The notes beneath the pieces were generated by a model, which did not search any database, was not told the DNA's origin, and saw nothing but the letters and a program-made list of their open reading frames with translations. From Eledone cirrhosa (Eukaryota): 64,000 nt of DNA. The stretch lies in the NCBI GenBank assembly GCA_964016885.1, contig OZ024744.1:17918001-17982000 (forward strand), written 5' to 3'. Positions within the stretch are counted from its first letter, which is position 1, and the number at the start of each line of letters is the position of its first letter. The translations under genes were made by a program, and so were the position numbers. This document shows positions 14,101-28,000 of the stretch, one piece after another.

Positions 14101-14845
14101 TCTGTGTCACTGTGTATGTCACTGTATGTTTCTGTATGTCTGTGTCACTGTGTATGTCACTGTATGTTTCTGTATGTCTGTGTCACTGTATATGTCACTG
14201 TATCTTCGTGTATGTATGTGTCCCTGTGTATGTCACTGTATGTTTCTGTATGTCTGTGTCACTGTATATATCACTGTATGTTTATGTATGTCTGTGTCAC
14301 TGTCTATCTCACTGTATGTTTCTGAATGTCTGTGTCACTGTGTATGTCACTGTGCGTTTCTGTATGTCTGTGTCACGGTGTGTGTCACTGTATGTTTGTG
14401 TTTGTATGTGTCACTGTGTATGTCACTGTGTGTTTGTGTATGTCTGTGTCACTGTGTATGTCACTGCCTGTTTCTGTATGTCTGTGTCACTGTGTAAGTC
14501 ATTGTATCTTTGTGTATGTCTGTGGCACTCTGTATGTAATTGTGTGTTTCTGTATGTCTGTGTGACTGTCTATGTCACTGTATATTTGTGTATGTCTGTG
14601 TCACTGTGTATGTCAATGTGTGTTTATGTATGTCAGTGTCACTGTGCATGTCACTGTGTGTTTCTGTATGTCTGTGGCACTGTATATGTCACTGTATGTT
14701 TGTGTATGTCTGTGTCACTGTGTATGTCACTGTGTGTTTCTGTATGTCTGGGTTACTGTGTATGTCACTGTGTGTTTCCGTATGTTTGTGTCACTGTGTA
14801 TGTCACTGAGTCTTTCTGTATGTCTGTGTCACTGTGTATGTCACT
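11130..14845. repeat. Block duplicated at about 34680-38395 (offset 23550). The overlapping segment 11790-15330 is also copied at about 22880-26420 (offset 11089)
   Basis: Offsets 11409/34959, 12201/35751, 13023/36573 and 14540/38090 = 23550. Offsets 11855/22944, 13023/24112 and 14572/25661 = 11089. Confidence 0.88.
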
Positions 14846-16055
14846 GTATTTTTCTGTATGTCTGTGTCAATGTGTATGTCACTGTATCTTTGTGTATGTA
14901 TGTGTCCCTGTGTATGTCACTAAATGTTTCTGTATATCTGTGTCACTGTGTATGTCACTGTGTGTTTCTGTATGTCTGTGTCCCTGTGTATGTCACTGTA
15001 GCTTTGTGTATGTCTGTGTCACCGTGTATGTCACTGTATGTTTCTGTATGTCTGTGTCACTGTGTATGTCACTGTATGTTTCTGTATGTGTGTATCACTG
15101 TGTATGTCACTGTATGTTTCTGTATGTCTGTGTCACTGTGTATATCACTGTATGTTTCTGTATGTCTGTGTCACTGTCTATCCCACTGTATGTTTCTGAA
15201 TGTCAGTGTCACTGTGTATGTCACTGTGTGTTTCTGTATGTCTGTGTCACTGTGTAAGTCATTGTATCTTTGTGTATGTCTGTGGCACTCTGTATGTCAT
15301 TGTGTGTTTCTGTATGTCTGTGTGACTGTCTATCCCACTGTATGTTTCTGAATGTCAGTGTCACTGTGCATGTCACTGTGTGTTTCTGTATGTCTGTGGC
15401 ACTGTATATGTCACTGTATGTTTGTGTATGTCTGTGTCACTGTGTATGTCACTGTGTGTTTCTGTATGTCTGGGTTACTGTGTATGTCACTGTGTGTTTC
15501 CGTATGTTTGTGTCACTGTGTATGTCACTGAGTCTTTCTGTATGTCTGTGTCACTGTGTATGTCACTGTATTTTTCTGTATGTCTGTGTCAATGTGTATG
15601 TCACTGTATCTTTGTGTATGTATGTGTCCCTGTGTATGTCACTAAATGTTTCTGTATATCTGTGTCACTGTGTATGTCACTGTGTGTTTCTGTATGTCTG
15701 TGTCCCTGTGTATGTCACTGTAGCTTTGTGTATGTCTGTGTCACCGTGTATGTCACTGTATGTTTCTGTATGTCTGTGTCACTGTGTATGTCACTGTATG
15801 TTTCTGTATGTGTGTATCACTGTGTATGTCACTGTATGTTTCTGTATGTCTGTGTCACTGTGTATATCACTGTATGTTTCTGTATGTCTGTGTCACTGTC
15901 TATCCCACTGTATGTTTCTGAATGTCAGTGTCACTGTGTATGTCACTGTGTGTTTCTGTATGTCTGTGTCACTGTGTAAGTCATTGTATCTTTGTGTATG
16001 TCTGTGGCACTCTGTATGTCATTGTGTGTTTCTGTATGTCTGTGTGACTGTCTAT
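14631..16055. repeat. Tandem duplication of 722 bp (19 monomers)
   Basis: gtcagtgtcactgtgcatg at 14632 and 15354. Shared rare variants (ctgggttac, ttccgtatgttt, gagtcttt, gtagcttt, ctatccc) at +722. ORF starts 15270/15992. Confidence 0.92.
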
Positions 16056-19000
16056 GTCACTGTATATTTGTGTATGTCTGTGACACTGTGTATGTCAATG
16101 TGTGTTTCTGTATGTATGTGTCTCTGTGTATGTCACTGTATCTTTGTGTATGTATGTGTCACTGTGTATGTCACTGTGTGTTTGTGTATGACTGTGTCAC
16201 TGTGTATGTTACTGTGAGTTTCTGTATGTCTGTGTCACGCTGTATGTCACTGTATCTTTGTGTAGGTCTGTGTCAGCGTGTATGTCACTGTATCTTTATG
16301 TATGTCTGTGTCACTGTTTATGTCACTGTGAGTTTCTGTATGTATGTGTCACTGTGTATGTCACTGTGAGTTTCTGTATGTCTGTGTCACTGTGTATGTC
16401 ACAGTGTGTTTCTGTATGTATGTGTCACTGTGTATGTCACTGTATGTCTCTGTATGTATGTGTCACTGTCTATGTCACTGTATCTTTGTGTATGTCTACG
16501 TCACTGTGTATGTCACTGTGTGTTTCTGTATGTCTGTGTCTCTGTGTATGTCACTGTATCTTTGTGTATGTCTGTGTCACTGTGTATGTCACTGTGTGTT
16601 TCTGTATGTCTGTGTCACTGTGTATGTCACTGTGTGTTTCTGTATATCTGTGTCTCTGTGTATGTCACTGTATCTTTGTGTATGCCTGTGTCACTGTGTA
16701 TGTCACTGTATCTTTGTGTATGTTTGTGTCACGGTGTATATCACTGTATGTTTGTGTATGTCTGTGTCACTCTATATGTCACTGTACGTTTGTGTATGTC
16801 TGTGTGACTGTGTATGTCACTGTATGTTTCTGTATGTCTGTGTCACGGTGTATGTCACTGTGTGTTTCTGTATGTCTGTGTCACTGTGTATGTCACTGTA
16901 TCTTTGTATATGTCTGTGTCACTGTGTACGTCACTGTGTGTTTCTGTATGTATGTGTCACTGTCTCTGTCACTGTATGTTTCTGAATGTCTGTGTCACTG
17001 TGTATGTCACTGTGTGTTTCTGTATGTCTGTGTCACGGTGTATGTCACTGTATGTTTGTGTGTGTCTGTGTCACTGTGTATGTCACTGTGTGTTTCTGTA
17101 TGTCTGTGTCACCGTGTATGTCACTGTATCTTTGTGTATGCCTGTGTCACTGTGTATGTCACTGTGTGATTATGTATGTCTGTGTCACTGTGTATGTCAC
17201 TGTGTGTTTCTGTATGTTTGTGTCACTGTGTATGTCACTAAATGTTTGTGTGTGTCTGTGTCTCTGTCTATGTCACTGTGTGTTTGCGTGTGTCTGTGTC
17301 ACTGTGTATGTCACTGTTTGTTTGTGTATGTCTTTGTCACTGTGTGTGTTTCTGTATGTCTGTGTCACTGTGCATGTCATTGTATCTTCGTGTATGTCTG
17401 TGTCACTGTGTATGTCACTGTATCTTTGTGTATGTCTGTGTCACTCTGTATGTCACTGTGTGTTTCTGCATGTCTGTGTTACTGTGTATGTCATTGTGTG
17501 TTTCTGTATGTCTGTGTCACTGTGTATGTCACTGTATGTTTCACAAGTGTATGTCACTGTGTGTTTCTGTATGTCTCTGTCACTCTGTATGTCACTGTAT
17601 ATTTCTGTATGTCTGTGTCACTGTGTATGTCACTGTATGTTTCTGTATGTCTGTGTCACTGTGTATGTCACTGTATTTTTATGTATGTCTGTGTCACAGT
17701 GTATGTCACTGTATCTTTGTGTATGTATGTGTCCCTGTGTATGTCACTGTATGTTTCTGTATGTTTGTGTCATTGTGTATGTCACTGTGTGTTTCTGTAT
17801 ATCTGTGTCACTGTGTATGTCAATGTATCTTTGTGTATGTCTGTGTCACCGTGTATGTCACTGTATGTTTCTGTATGTCTGTGTCACTGTGTATGTCACT
17901 GTATGTTTCTGTATGTCTGTGTCACTGTGTATGTCACTGTATGTTTCTGTATGTCTGTGTCACTGTATATGTCACTGTATCTTCGTGTATGTATGTGTCC
18001 CTGTGTATGTCACTGTATGTTTCTGTATGTCTGTGTCACTGTGTATATCACTGTATGTTTATGTATGTCTGTGTCACTGTCTATCTCACTGTATGTTTCT
18101 GAATGTCTGTGTCACTGTGTATGTCACTGTGCGTTTCTGTATGTCTGTGTCACGGTGTGTGTCACTGTATGTTTGTGTGTGTATGTGTCACTGTGTATGT
18201 CACTGTGTGTTTGTGTATGTCTGTGTCACTGTGTATGTCAATGTGTGTTTATGTATGTCAGTGTCACTGTGCATGTCACTGTGTGTTTCTGTATGTCTGT
18301 GGCACTGTATATGTCACTGTATGTTTGTGTATGTCTGTGTCACTGTGTATGTCACTGTGTGTTTCTGTATGTCTGGGTTACTGTGTATGTCACTGTGTGT
18401 TTCCGTATGTCTGTGTCACTGTGTATGTCACTGAGTCTTTCTGTATGTCTGTGTCACTGTGTAAGTCACTGTATATTTGTGTATGTCTGTGGCACTCTGT
18501 ATGACATTGTGTGTTTCTGTATGTGTGTGTCACGGGCTATGTCACTGTATATTTGTGTATGCCTGTGTCACTGTGTATGTCAATGTATGTTTCTGTATGT
18601 ATGTGTCTCTGTGTATGTCACTGTATCTTTGTGTATGTATGTGTCACTGTGTATGTCACTGTGTGTTTGTGTATGTCTGTGTCACTGCGTATATTACTGT
18701 GAGTTTCTGTATGTCTGTGTCACTGTGTATGTCACTGTATATTTCTATATGTCTGTGTCAGTGTGTATGTCACTGGGTGTTTCTGTATGTCTGTGTCAAA
18801 CTGTATATCACTGTATCTTTGTGTAGGTCTGTGTCACCGTGTATGTCACTGTATCTTTATGTATGTCTGTGTCACTGTGTATGTCACTGTGTGTTTCTGT
18901 ATGTCTGTGTCACTGTGTATGTCACTGTGTGTTTCTGTATATCTGTGTTTCTGTGTATGTCACTGTATCTTTGTGTATGTCTGTGTCACTGTGTATGTCA

Positions 19001-22000
19001 CTGTATCTTTGTGTATGTCTGTGTCACGGTGTATATCACTGTATGTTTGTGAATGTCTGTGTCACTCTATATATCACTGTACGTTTGTGTATGTCTGTGT
19101 GACTGTGTATGTCACTGTATGTTTCTGTATGTCTGTGTCACTGTGTATGTCACTGTGTATGTCACTGTGTGTTTGTGTATGTCTGTGTCACTGTATGTTT
19201 CTGTATGCCTGTGTCACTGTGTATGTCACTGCGTGTTTCTGTATGTCTGTGTCACCGTGTATGCCACTGCATCTTTGTGTATGCCTGTGTCACTGTATAT
19301 GTCACTGCGTGATTGTGTATGTCTGTGTCACTGTGTATGTCACTGTGTGTTTCTGTATGTTTGTGTCACTGTGTGTGTCACTAAATGTTTGTGTGTGTCT
19401 GTGTCTCTGTGTATGTCACTGTGTGTTTGCGTGTGTCTGTGTCACTGTGGATGTCACTGTGTGTTTCTGTATGTCTATGTGACTGTGTATGTCACTGTTT
19501 GTTTGTGTATGTCTGTGTCACTGTGTGTGTTTCTGTATGTCTGTGTCATTGTGTATGTCACTGTATGTTTCTGTATGTATGTGTCACTGTGTATGTCACT
19601 GTATTTTTCTGTATGTCTGTGTCACAGTGTATGTCACTGTATCTTTGTGTATGTATGTGTCCCTGTGTATGTCACTGTATGTTTCTGTATGTCTGTGTCA
19701 CTGTGTATGTCACTGTGTGTTTCTGTATGTCTGTGTCACTGTGTATGTCACTGTATCTTTGTGTATGTCTGTGTCACCGTGTATGTCACTGTATGTTTCT
19801 GTATGTCTGTGTCACTGTGTATGTCACTGTATTTTTCTGTATGTCTGTGTCACCGTGTATGTCACTGTATCTTTGTGTATGTATGTGTCCCTGTGTATGT
19901 CACTGTGTGTTTGTGTATGGCTGTGTCACTGTGTATGTTACTGTGAGTTTCTGTATGTCTGTGTCACTGTGTATGTCACTGTATATTTCTGTATCTGTAT
20001 CAGTGTGTATGTCACTGGGTGTTTCTGTATGTCTGTGTCACTCTGTATATCACTGTATCTTTGTGTAGGTCTGTGTCACCGTGTATGTCACTGTGAGTTT
20101 CTGTATGTCTGTGTCACTGTCTATGTCACTGTATCTTTGTGTATGTATACGTCACTGTGTATGTCAGTGTGTGTTTCTGTATGTCTGTGTCTCTGTGTAT
20201 GTCACTGTATCTTTGTGTATGTCTGTGTCACTGTGTATGTCACTGTGTGTTTGTGTATGCCTGTGTCACTGTGTATGTTACTGTGAGTTTCTGTATGTCT
20301 GTGTCACTGTGTATGTCACTGTATCTTTGTGTATGTCTGTGTCACTGTGTATGTTACTGTGAGTTTCTGTATGTCTGTGTCACGCTGTATGTCACTGTAT
20401 CTTTGTGTAGGTCTGTGTCAGCGTGTATGTCACTGTATCTTTATGTATGTCTGTGTCACTGTTTATGTCACTGTGAGTTTCTGTATGCATGTGTCACTGT
20501 GTATGTCACTGTGAGTTTCTGTATGTCTGTGTCACTGTGTATGTCACAGTGTGTTTCTGTATGTATGTGTCACTGTGTATGTCACTGTATGTCTCTGTAT
20601 GTATGTGTCACTGTCTATGTCACTGTATCTTTGTGTATGTCTACGTCACTGTGTATGTCACTGTGTGTTTCTGTATGTCTGTGTCTCTGTGTATGTCACT
20701 GTATCTTTGTGTATGTCTGTGTCACTGTGTATGTCACTGTGTGCTTCTGTATGTCTGTGTCACTGTGTATGTCACTGTGTGTTTCTGTATATCTGTGTCT
20801 CTGTGTATGTCACTGTATATTTGTGTATGTCTGTGTCACTGTGTATGTCACTGTATCTTTGTGTATGTTTGTGTCACGGTGTATATCACTGTATGTTTGT
20901 GTATGTCTGTGTCACTCTATATGTCACTGTACGTTTGTGTATGTCTGTGTGACTGTGTATGTCACTGTATGTTTCTGTATGTCTGTGTCACGGTGTATGT
21001 CACTGTGTGTTTCTGTATGTCTGTGTCACTGTGTATGTCACTGTATCTTTGTGTATGTCTGTGTCACTGTGTACGTCACTGTGTGTTTCTGTATGTATGT
21101 TTCACTGTCTCTGTCACTGTATGTTTCTGAATGTCTGTGTCACTGTGTATGTCACTGTGTGTTTCTGTATGTCTGTGTCACGGTGTATGTCACTGTATGT
21201 TTGTGTGTGTCTCTGTCACTGTGTATGTCACTGTGTGTTTCTGTATGTCTGTGTCACCGTGTATGTCACTGTATCTTTGTGTATGCCTGTGTCACTGTGT
21301 ATGTCACTGTGTGATTATGTATGTCTGTGTCACTGTGTATGTCACTGTGTGTTTCTGTATGTTTGTGTCACTGTGTATGTCACTAAATGTTTGTGTGTGT
21401 CTGTGTCTCTGTCTATGTCACTGTGTGTTTGCGTGTGTCTGTGTCACTGTGTATGTCACTGTTTGTTTCTGTATGTCTGTGTCACTGTGCATGTCATTGT
21501 ATCTTCGTGTATGTCTGTGTCACTGTGTATGTCACTGTATCTTTGTGTATGTCTGTGTCACTCTGTATGTCACTGTGTGTTTCTGCATGTCTGTGTTACT
21601 GTGTATGTCATTGTGTGTTTCTGTATGTCTGTGTCACTGTGTATGTCACTGTATGTTTCTGTATGTCTGTTTCACTGTGTATGTCACTGTGTGTTTCTGT
21701 ATGTCTCTGTCACTCTGTATGTCACTGTATATTTCTGTATGTCTGTGTCACCGTGTATGTCACTGTATGTTTCTGTATGTCTGTGTCACTGTGTATGTCA
21801 CTGTATTTTTATGTATGTCTGTGTCACTGTGTATGTCACTGTATCTTTGTGTATGTATGTGTCCCTGTGTATGTCACTGTATGTTTCTGTATGTCTGTGT
21901 CATTGTGTATGTCACTGTGTGTTTCTGTATATCTGTTTCACTGTGTATGTCAATGTATCTTTGTGTATGTCTGTGTCACCGTGTATGTCACTGTATGTTT

Positions 22001-25000
22001 CTGTATGTCTGTGTCACTGTGTATGTCACTGTATGTTTCTGTATGTCTGTGTCACTGTGTATGTCACTGTATGTTTCTGTATGTCTGTGTCACTGTGTAT
22101 GTCACTGTATCTTCGTGTATGTATGTGTCCCTGTGTATGTCACTGTATGTTTCTGTATGTCTGTGTCACTGTGTATATCACTGTATGTTTATGTATGTCT
22201 GTGTCACTGTCTATCTCACTGTATGTTTCTGAATGTCTGTGTCACTGTGTATGTCACTGTGCGTTTCTGTATGTCTGTGTCACGGTGTATGTCACTGTAT
22301 GTTTGTGTGTGTATGTGTCACTGTGTATGTCACTGTGTGTTTGTGTATGTCTGTGTCACTGTGTATGTCACTGCCTGTTTCTGTATGTCTGTGTCACTGT
22401 GTAAGTCATTGTATCTTTGTGTATGTCTGTGGCACTCTGTATGTCATTGTGTGTTTCTGTATGTCTGTGTGACTGTCTATGTCACTGTATATTTGTGTAT
22501 GTCTGTGTCACTGTGTATGTCAATGTGTGTTTATGTATGTCAGTGTCACTGTGTATGTCACTGTGTGTTTCTGTATGTCTGTGGCACTGTATATGTCACT
22601 GTACGTTTGTGTATGTCTGTGTCACTGTGTATGTCACTGTGTGTGTCTGTATGTCTGTGTCACTGTGTATGTCACTGTGTGTTTCTGTATGTCTGTGTCA
22701 CTGTGTATGTCACTGAGAGTTTCTGTATGTCTGTGTCAGTATGTATGTCGCTGTATGTTTGTGTTGTCTGTGTCACTGTGTATGTCACTGGGTGTTTCTG
22801 TATGTCTGTGTCACTGTGTATGTCACTGTGCGTTTCTGTATGTATGTATCACTGTGTATGTCACTGTGTGTCTCTGTATGTCTGTGTCAATGTGTATGTC
22901 ACTGTATCTTTGTGTATGTATGTGTCCCTGTGTATGTCACTAAATGTTTCTGTATATCTGTGTCACTGTGTATGTCACTGTGTGTTTCTGTATGTCTGTG
23001 TCCCTGTGTATGTCACTGTATCTTTGTGTATGTCTGTGTCACCGTGTATGTCACTGTATGTTTCTGTATGTCTGTGTCACTGTGTATGTCACTGTATGTT
23101 TCTGTATGTATGTATCACTGTGTATGTCACTGTATGTTTCTGTATGTCTGTGTCACTGTGTATATCACTGTATGTTTCTGTATGTCTGTGTCACTGTCTA
23201 TCCCACTGTATGTTTCTGAATGTCTGTGTCACTGTGTATGTCACTGTGTGTTTCTGTATGTCTGTGTCACTGTGTAAGTCATTGTATCTTTGTGTATGTC
23301 TGTGGCACTCTGTATGTCATTGTGTGTTTCTGTATGTCTGTGTGACTGTCTATGTCACTGTATATTTGTGTATGTCTGTGACACTGTGTATGTCAATGTG
23401 TGTTTCTGTATGTATGTGTCTCTGTGTATGTCACTGTATCTTTGTGTATGTATGTGTCACTGTGTATGTCACTGTGTGTTTGTGTATGACTGTGTCACTG
23501 TGTATGTTACTGTGAGTTTCTGTATGTCTGTGTCACGCTGTATGTCACTGTATCTTTGTGTAGGTCTGTGTCAGCGTGTATGTCACTGTATCTTTATGTA
23601 TGTCTGTGTCACTGTTTATGTCACTGTGAGTTTCTGTATGTATGTGTCACTGTGTATGTCACTGTGAGTTTCTGTATGTCTGTGTCACTGTGTATGTCAC
23701 AGTGTGTTTCTGTATGTATGTGTCACTGTGTATGTCACTGTATGTCTCTGTATGTATGTGTCACTGTCTATGTCACTGTATCTTTGTGTATGTCTACGTC
23801 ACTGTGTATGTCACTGTGTGTTTCTGTATGTCTGTGTCTCTGTGTATGTCACTGTATCTTTGTGTATGTCTGTGTCACTGTGTATGTCACTGTGTGTTTC
23901 TGTATGTCTGTGTCACTGTGTATGTCACTGTGTGTTTCTGTATATCTGTGTCTCTGTGTATGTCACTGTATCTTTGTGTATGCCTGTGTCACTGTGTATG
24001 TCACTGTATCTTTGTGTATGTTTGTGTCACGGTGTATATCACTGTATGTTTGTGTATGTCTGTGTCACTCTATATGTCACTGTACGTTTGTGTATGTCTG
24101 TGTGACTGTGTATGTCACTGTATGTTTCTGTATGTCTGTGTCACGGTGTATGTCACTGTGTGTTTCTGTATGTCTGTGTCACTGTGTATGTCACTGTATC
24201 TTTGTATATGTCTGTGTCACTGTGTACGTCACTGTGTGTTTCTGTATGTATGTGTCACTGTCTCTGTCACTGTATGTTTCTGAATGTCTGTGTCACTGTG
24301 TATGTCACTGTGTGTTTCTGTATGTCTGTGTCACGGTGTATGTCACTGTATGTTTGTGTGTGTCTGTGTCACTGTGTATGTCACTGTGTGTTTCTGTATG
24401 TCTGTGTCACCGTGTATGTCACTGTATCTTTGTGTATGCCTGTGTCACTGTGTATGTCACTGTGTGATTATGTATGTCTGTGTCACTGTGTATGTCACTG
24501 TGTGTTTCTGTATGTTTGTGTCACTGTGTATGTCACTAAATGTTTGTGTGTGTCTGTGTCACTGTCTATGTCACTGTGTGTTTGCGTGTGTCTGTGTCAC
24601 TGTGTATGTCACTGTTTGTTTGTGTATGTCTTTGTCACTGTGTGTGTTTCTGTATGTCTGTGTCACTGTGCATGTCATTGTATCTTCGTGTATGTCTGTG
24701 TCACTGTGTATGTCACTGTATCTTTGTGTATGTCTGTGTCACTCTGTATGTCACTGTGTGTTTCTGCATGTCTGTGTTACTGTGTATGTCATTGTGTGTT
24801 TCTGTATGTCTGTGTCACTGTGTATGTCACTGTATGTTTCTGTATGTCTGTTTCACAAGTGTATGTCACTGTGTGTTTCTGTATGTCTCTGTCACTCTGT
24901 ATGTCACTGTATATTTCTGTATGTCTGTGTCACTGTGTATGTCACTGTATGTTTCTGTATGTCTGTGTCACTGTGTATGTCACTGTATTTTTATGTATGT

Positions 25001-28000
25001 CTGTGTCACAGTGTATGTCACTGTATCTTTGTGTATGTATGTGTCCCTGTGTATGTCACTGTATGTTTCTGTATGTCTGTGTCATTGTGTATGTCACTGT
25101 GTGTTTCTGTATATCTGTGTCACTGTGTATGTCAATGTATCTTTGTGTATGTCTGTGTCACCGTGTATGTCACTGTATGTTTCTGTATGTCTGTGTCACT
25201 GTGTATGTCACTGTATGTTTCTGTATGTCTGTGTCACTGTGTATGTCACTGTATGTTTCTGTATGTCTGTGTCACTGTATATGTCACTGTATCTTCGTGT
25301 ATGTATGTGTCCCTGTGTATGTCACTGTATGTTTCTGTATGTCTGTGTCACTGTGTATATCACTGTATGTTTATGTATGTCTGTGTCACTGTCTATCTCA
25401 CTGTATGTTTCTGAATGTCTGTGTCACTGTGTATGTCACTGTGCGTTTCTGTATGTCTGTGTCACGGTGTGTGTCACTGTATGTTTGTGTTTGTATGTGT
25501 CACTGTGTATGTCACTGTGTGTTTGTGTATGTCTGTGTCACTGTGTATGTCACTGCCTGTTTCTGTATGTCTGTGTCACTGTGTAAGTCATTGTATCTTT
25601 GTGTATGTCTGTGGCACTCTGTATGTAATTGTGTGTTTCTGTATGTCTGTGTGACTGTCTATGTCACTGTATATTTGTGTATGTCTGTGTCACTGTGTAT
25701 GTCAATGTGTGTTTATGTATGTCAGTGTCACTGTGCATGTCACTGTGTGTTTCTGTATGTCTGTGGCACTGTATATGTCACTGTATGTTTGTGTATGTCT
25801 GTGTCACTGTGTATGTCACTGTGTGTTTCTGTATGTCTGGGTTACTGTGTATGTCACTGTGTGTTTCCGTATGTCTGTGTCACTGTGTATGTCACTGAGT
25901 CTTTCTGTATGTCTGTGTCACTGTGTATGTCACTGTATTTTTCTGTATGTCTGTGTCAATGTGTATGTCACTGTATCTTTGTGTATGTATGTGTCCCTGT
26001 GTATGTCACTAAATGTTTCTGTATATCTGTGTCACTGTGTATGTCACTGTGTGTTTCTGTATGTCTGTGTCCCTGTGTATGTCACTGTAGCTTTGTGTAT
26101 GTCTGTGTCACCGTGTATGTCACTGTATGTTTCTGTATGTCTGTGTCACTGTGTATGTCACTGTATGTTTCTGTATGTGTGTATCACTGTGTATGTCACT
26201 GTATGTTTCTGTATGTCTGTGTCACTGTGTATATCACTGTATGTTTCTGTATGTCTGTGTCACTGTCTATCCCACTGTATGTTTCTGAATGTCAGTGTCA
26301 CTGTGTATGTCACTGTGTGTTTCTGTATGTCTGTGTCACTGTGTAAGTCATTGTATCTTTGTGTATGTCTGTGGCACTCTGTATGTCATTGTGTGTTTCT
26401 GTATGTCTGTGTGACTGTCTATGTCACTGTATATTTGTGTATGTCTGTGACACTGTGTATGTCAATGTGTGTTTCTGTATGTATGTGTCTCTGTGTATGT
26501 CACTGTATCTTTGTGTATGTATGTGTCACTGTGTATGTCACTGTGTGTTTGTGTATGACTGTGTCACTGTGTATGTTACTGTGAGTTTCTGTATGTCTGT
26601 GTCACGCTGTATGTCACTGTATCTTTGTGTAGGTCTGTGTCAGCGTGTATGTCACTGTATCTTTATGTATGTCTGTGTCACTGTTTATGTCACTGTGAGT
26701 TTCTGTATGTATGTGTCACTGTGTATGTCACTGTGAGTTTCTGTATGTCTGTGTCACTGTGTATGTCACAGTGTGTTTCTGTATGTATGTGTCACTGTGT
26801 ATGTCACTGTATGTCTCTGTATGTATGTGTCACTGTCTATGTCACTGTATCTTTGTGTATGTCTACGTCACTGTGTATGTCACTGTGTGTTTCTGTATGT
26901 CTGTGTCTCTGTGTATGTCACTGTATCTTTGTGTATGTCTGTGTCACTGTGTATGTCACTGTGTGTTTCTGTATGTCCGTCTCACTGTGTATGTCACTGT
27001 GTGTTTCTGTATATCTGTGTCTCTGTGTATGTCACTGTATCTTTGTGTATGCCTGTGTCACTGTGTATGTCACTGTATCTTTGTGTATGTTTGTGTCACG
27101 GTGTATATCACTGTATGTTTGTGTATGTCTGTGTCACTCTATATGTCACTGTACGTTTGTGTATGTCTGTGTGACTGTGTATGTCACTGTATGTTTCTGT
27201 ATGTCTGTGTCACGGTGTATGTCACTGTGTGTTTCTGTATGTCTGTGTCACTGTGTATGTCACTGTATCTTTGTATATGTCTGTGTCACTGTGTACGTCA
27301 CTGTGTGTTTCTGTATGTATGTGTCACTGTCTCTGTCACTGTATGTTTCTGAATGTCTGTGTCACTGTGTATGTCACTGTGTGTTTCTGTATGTCTGTGT
27401 CACGGTGTATGTCACTGTATGTTTGTGTGTGTCTGTGTCACTGTGTATGTCACTGTGTGTTTCTGTATGTCTGTGTCACCGTGTATGTCACTGTATCTTT
27501 GTGTATGCCTGTGTCACTGTGTATGTCACTGTGTGATTATGTATGTCTGTGTCACTGTGTATGTCACTGTGTGTTTCTGTATGTTTGTGTCACTGTGTAT
27601 GTCACTAAATGTTTGTGTGTGTCTGTGTCTCTGTCTATGTCACTGTGTGTTTGCGTGTGTCTGTGTCACTGTGTATGTCACTGTTTGTTTGTGTATGTCT
27701 TTGTCACTGTGTGTGTTTCTGTATGTCTGTGTCACTGTGCATGTCATTGTATCTTCGTGTATGTCTGTGTCACTGTGTATGTCACTGTATCTTTGTGTAT
27801 GTCTGTGTCACTCTGTATGTCACTGTGTGTTTCTGCATGTCTGTGTTACTGTGTATGTCATTGTGTGTTTCTGTATGTCTGTGTCACTGTGTATGTCACT
27901 GTATGTTTCACAAGTGTATGTCACTGTGTGTTTCTGTATGTCTCTGTCACTCTGTATGTCACTGTATATTTCTGTATGTCTGTGTCACTGTGTATGTCAC

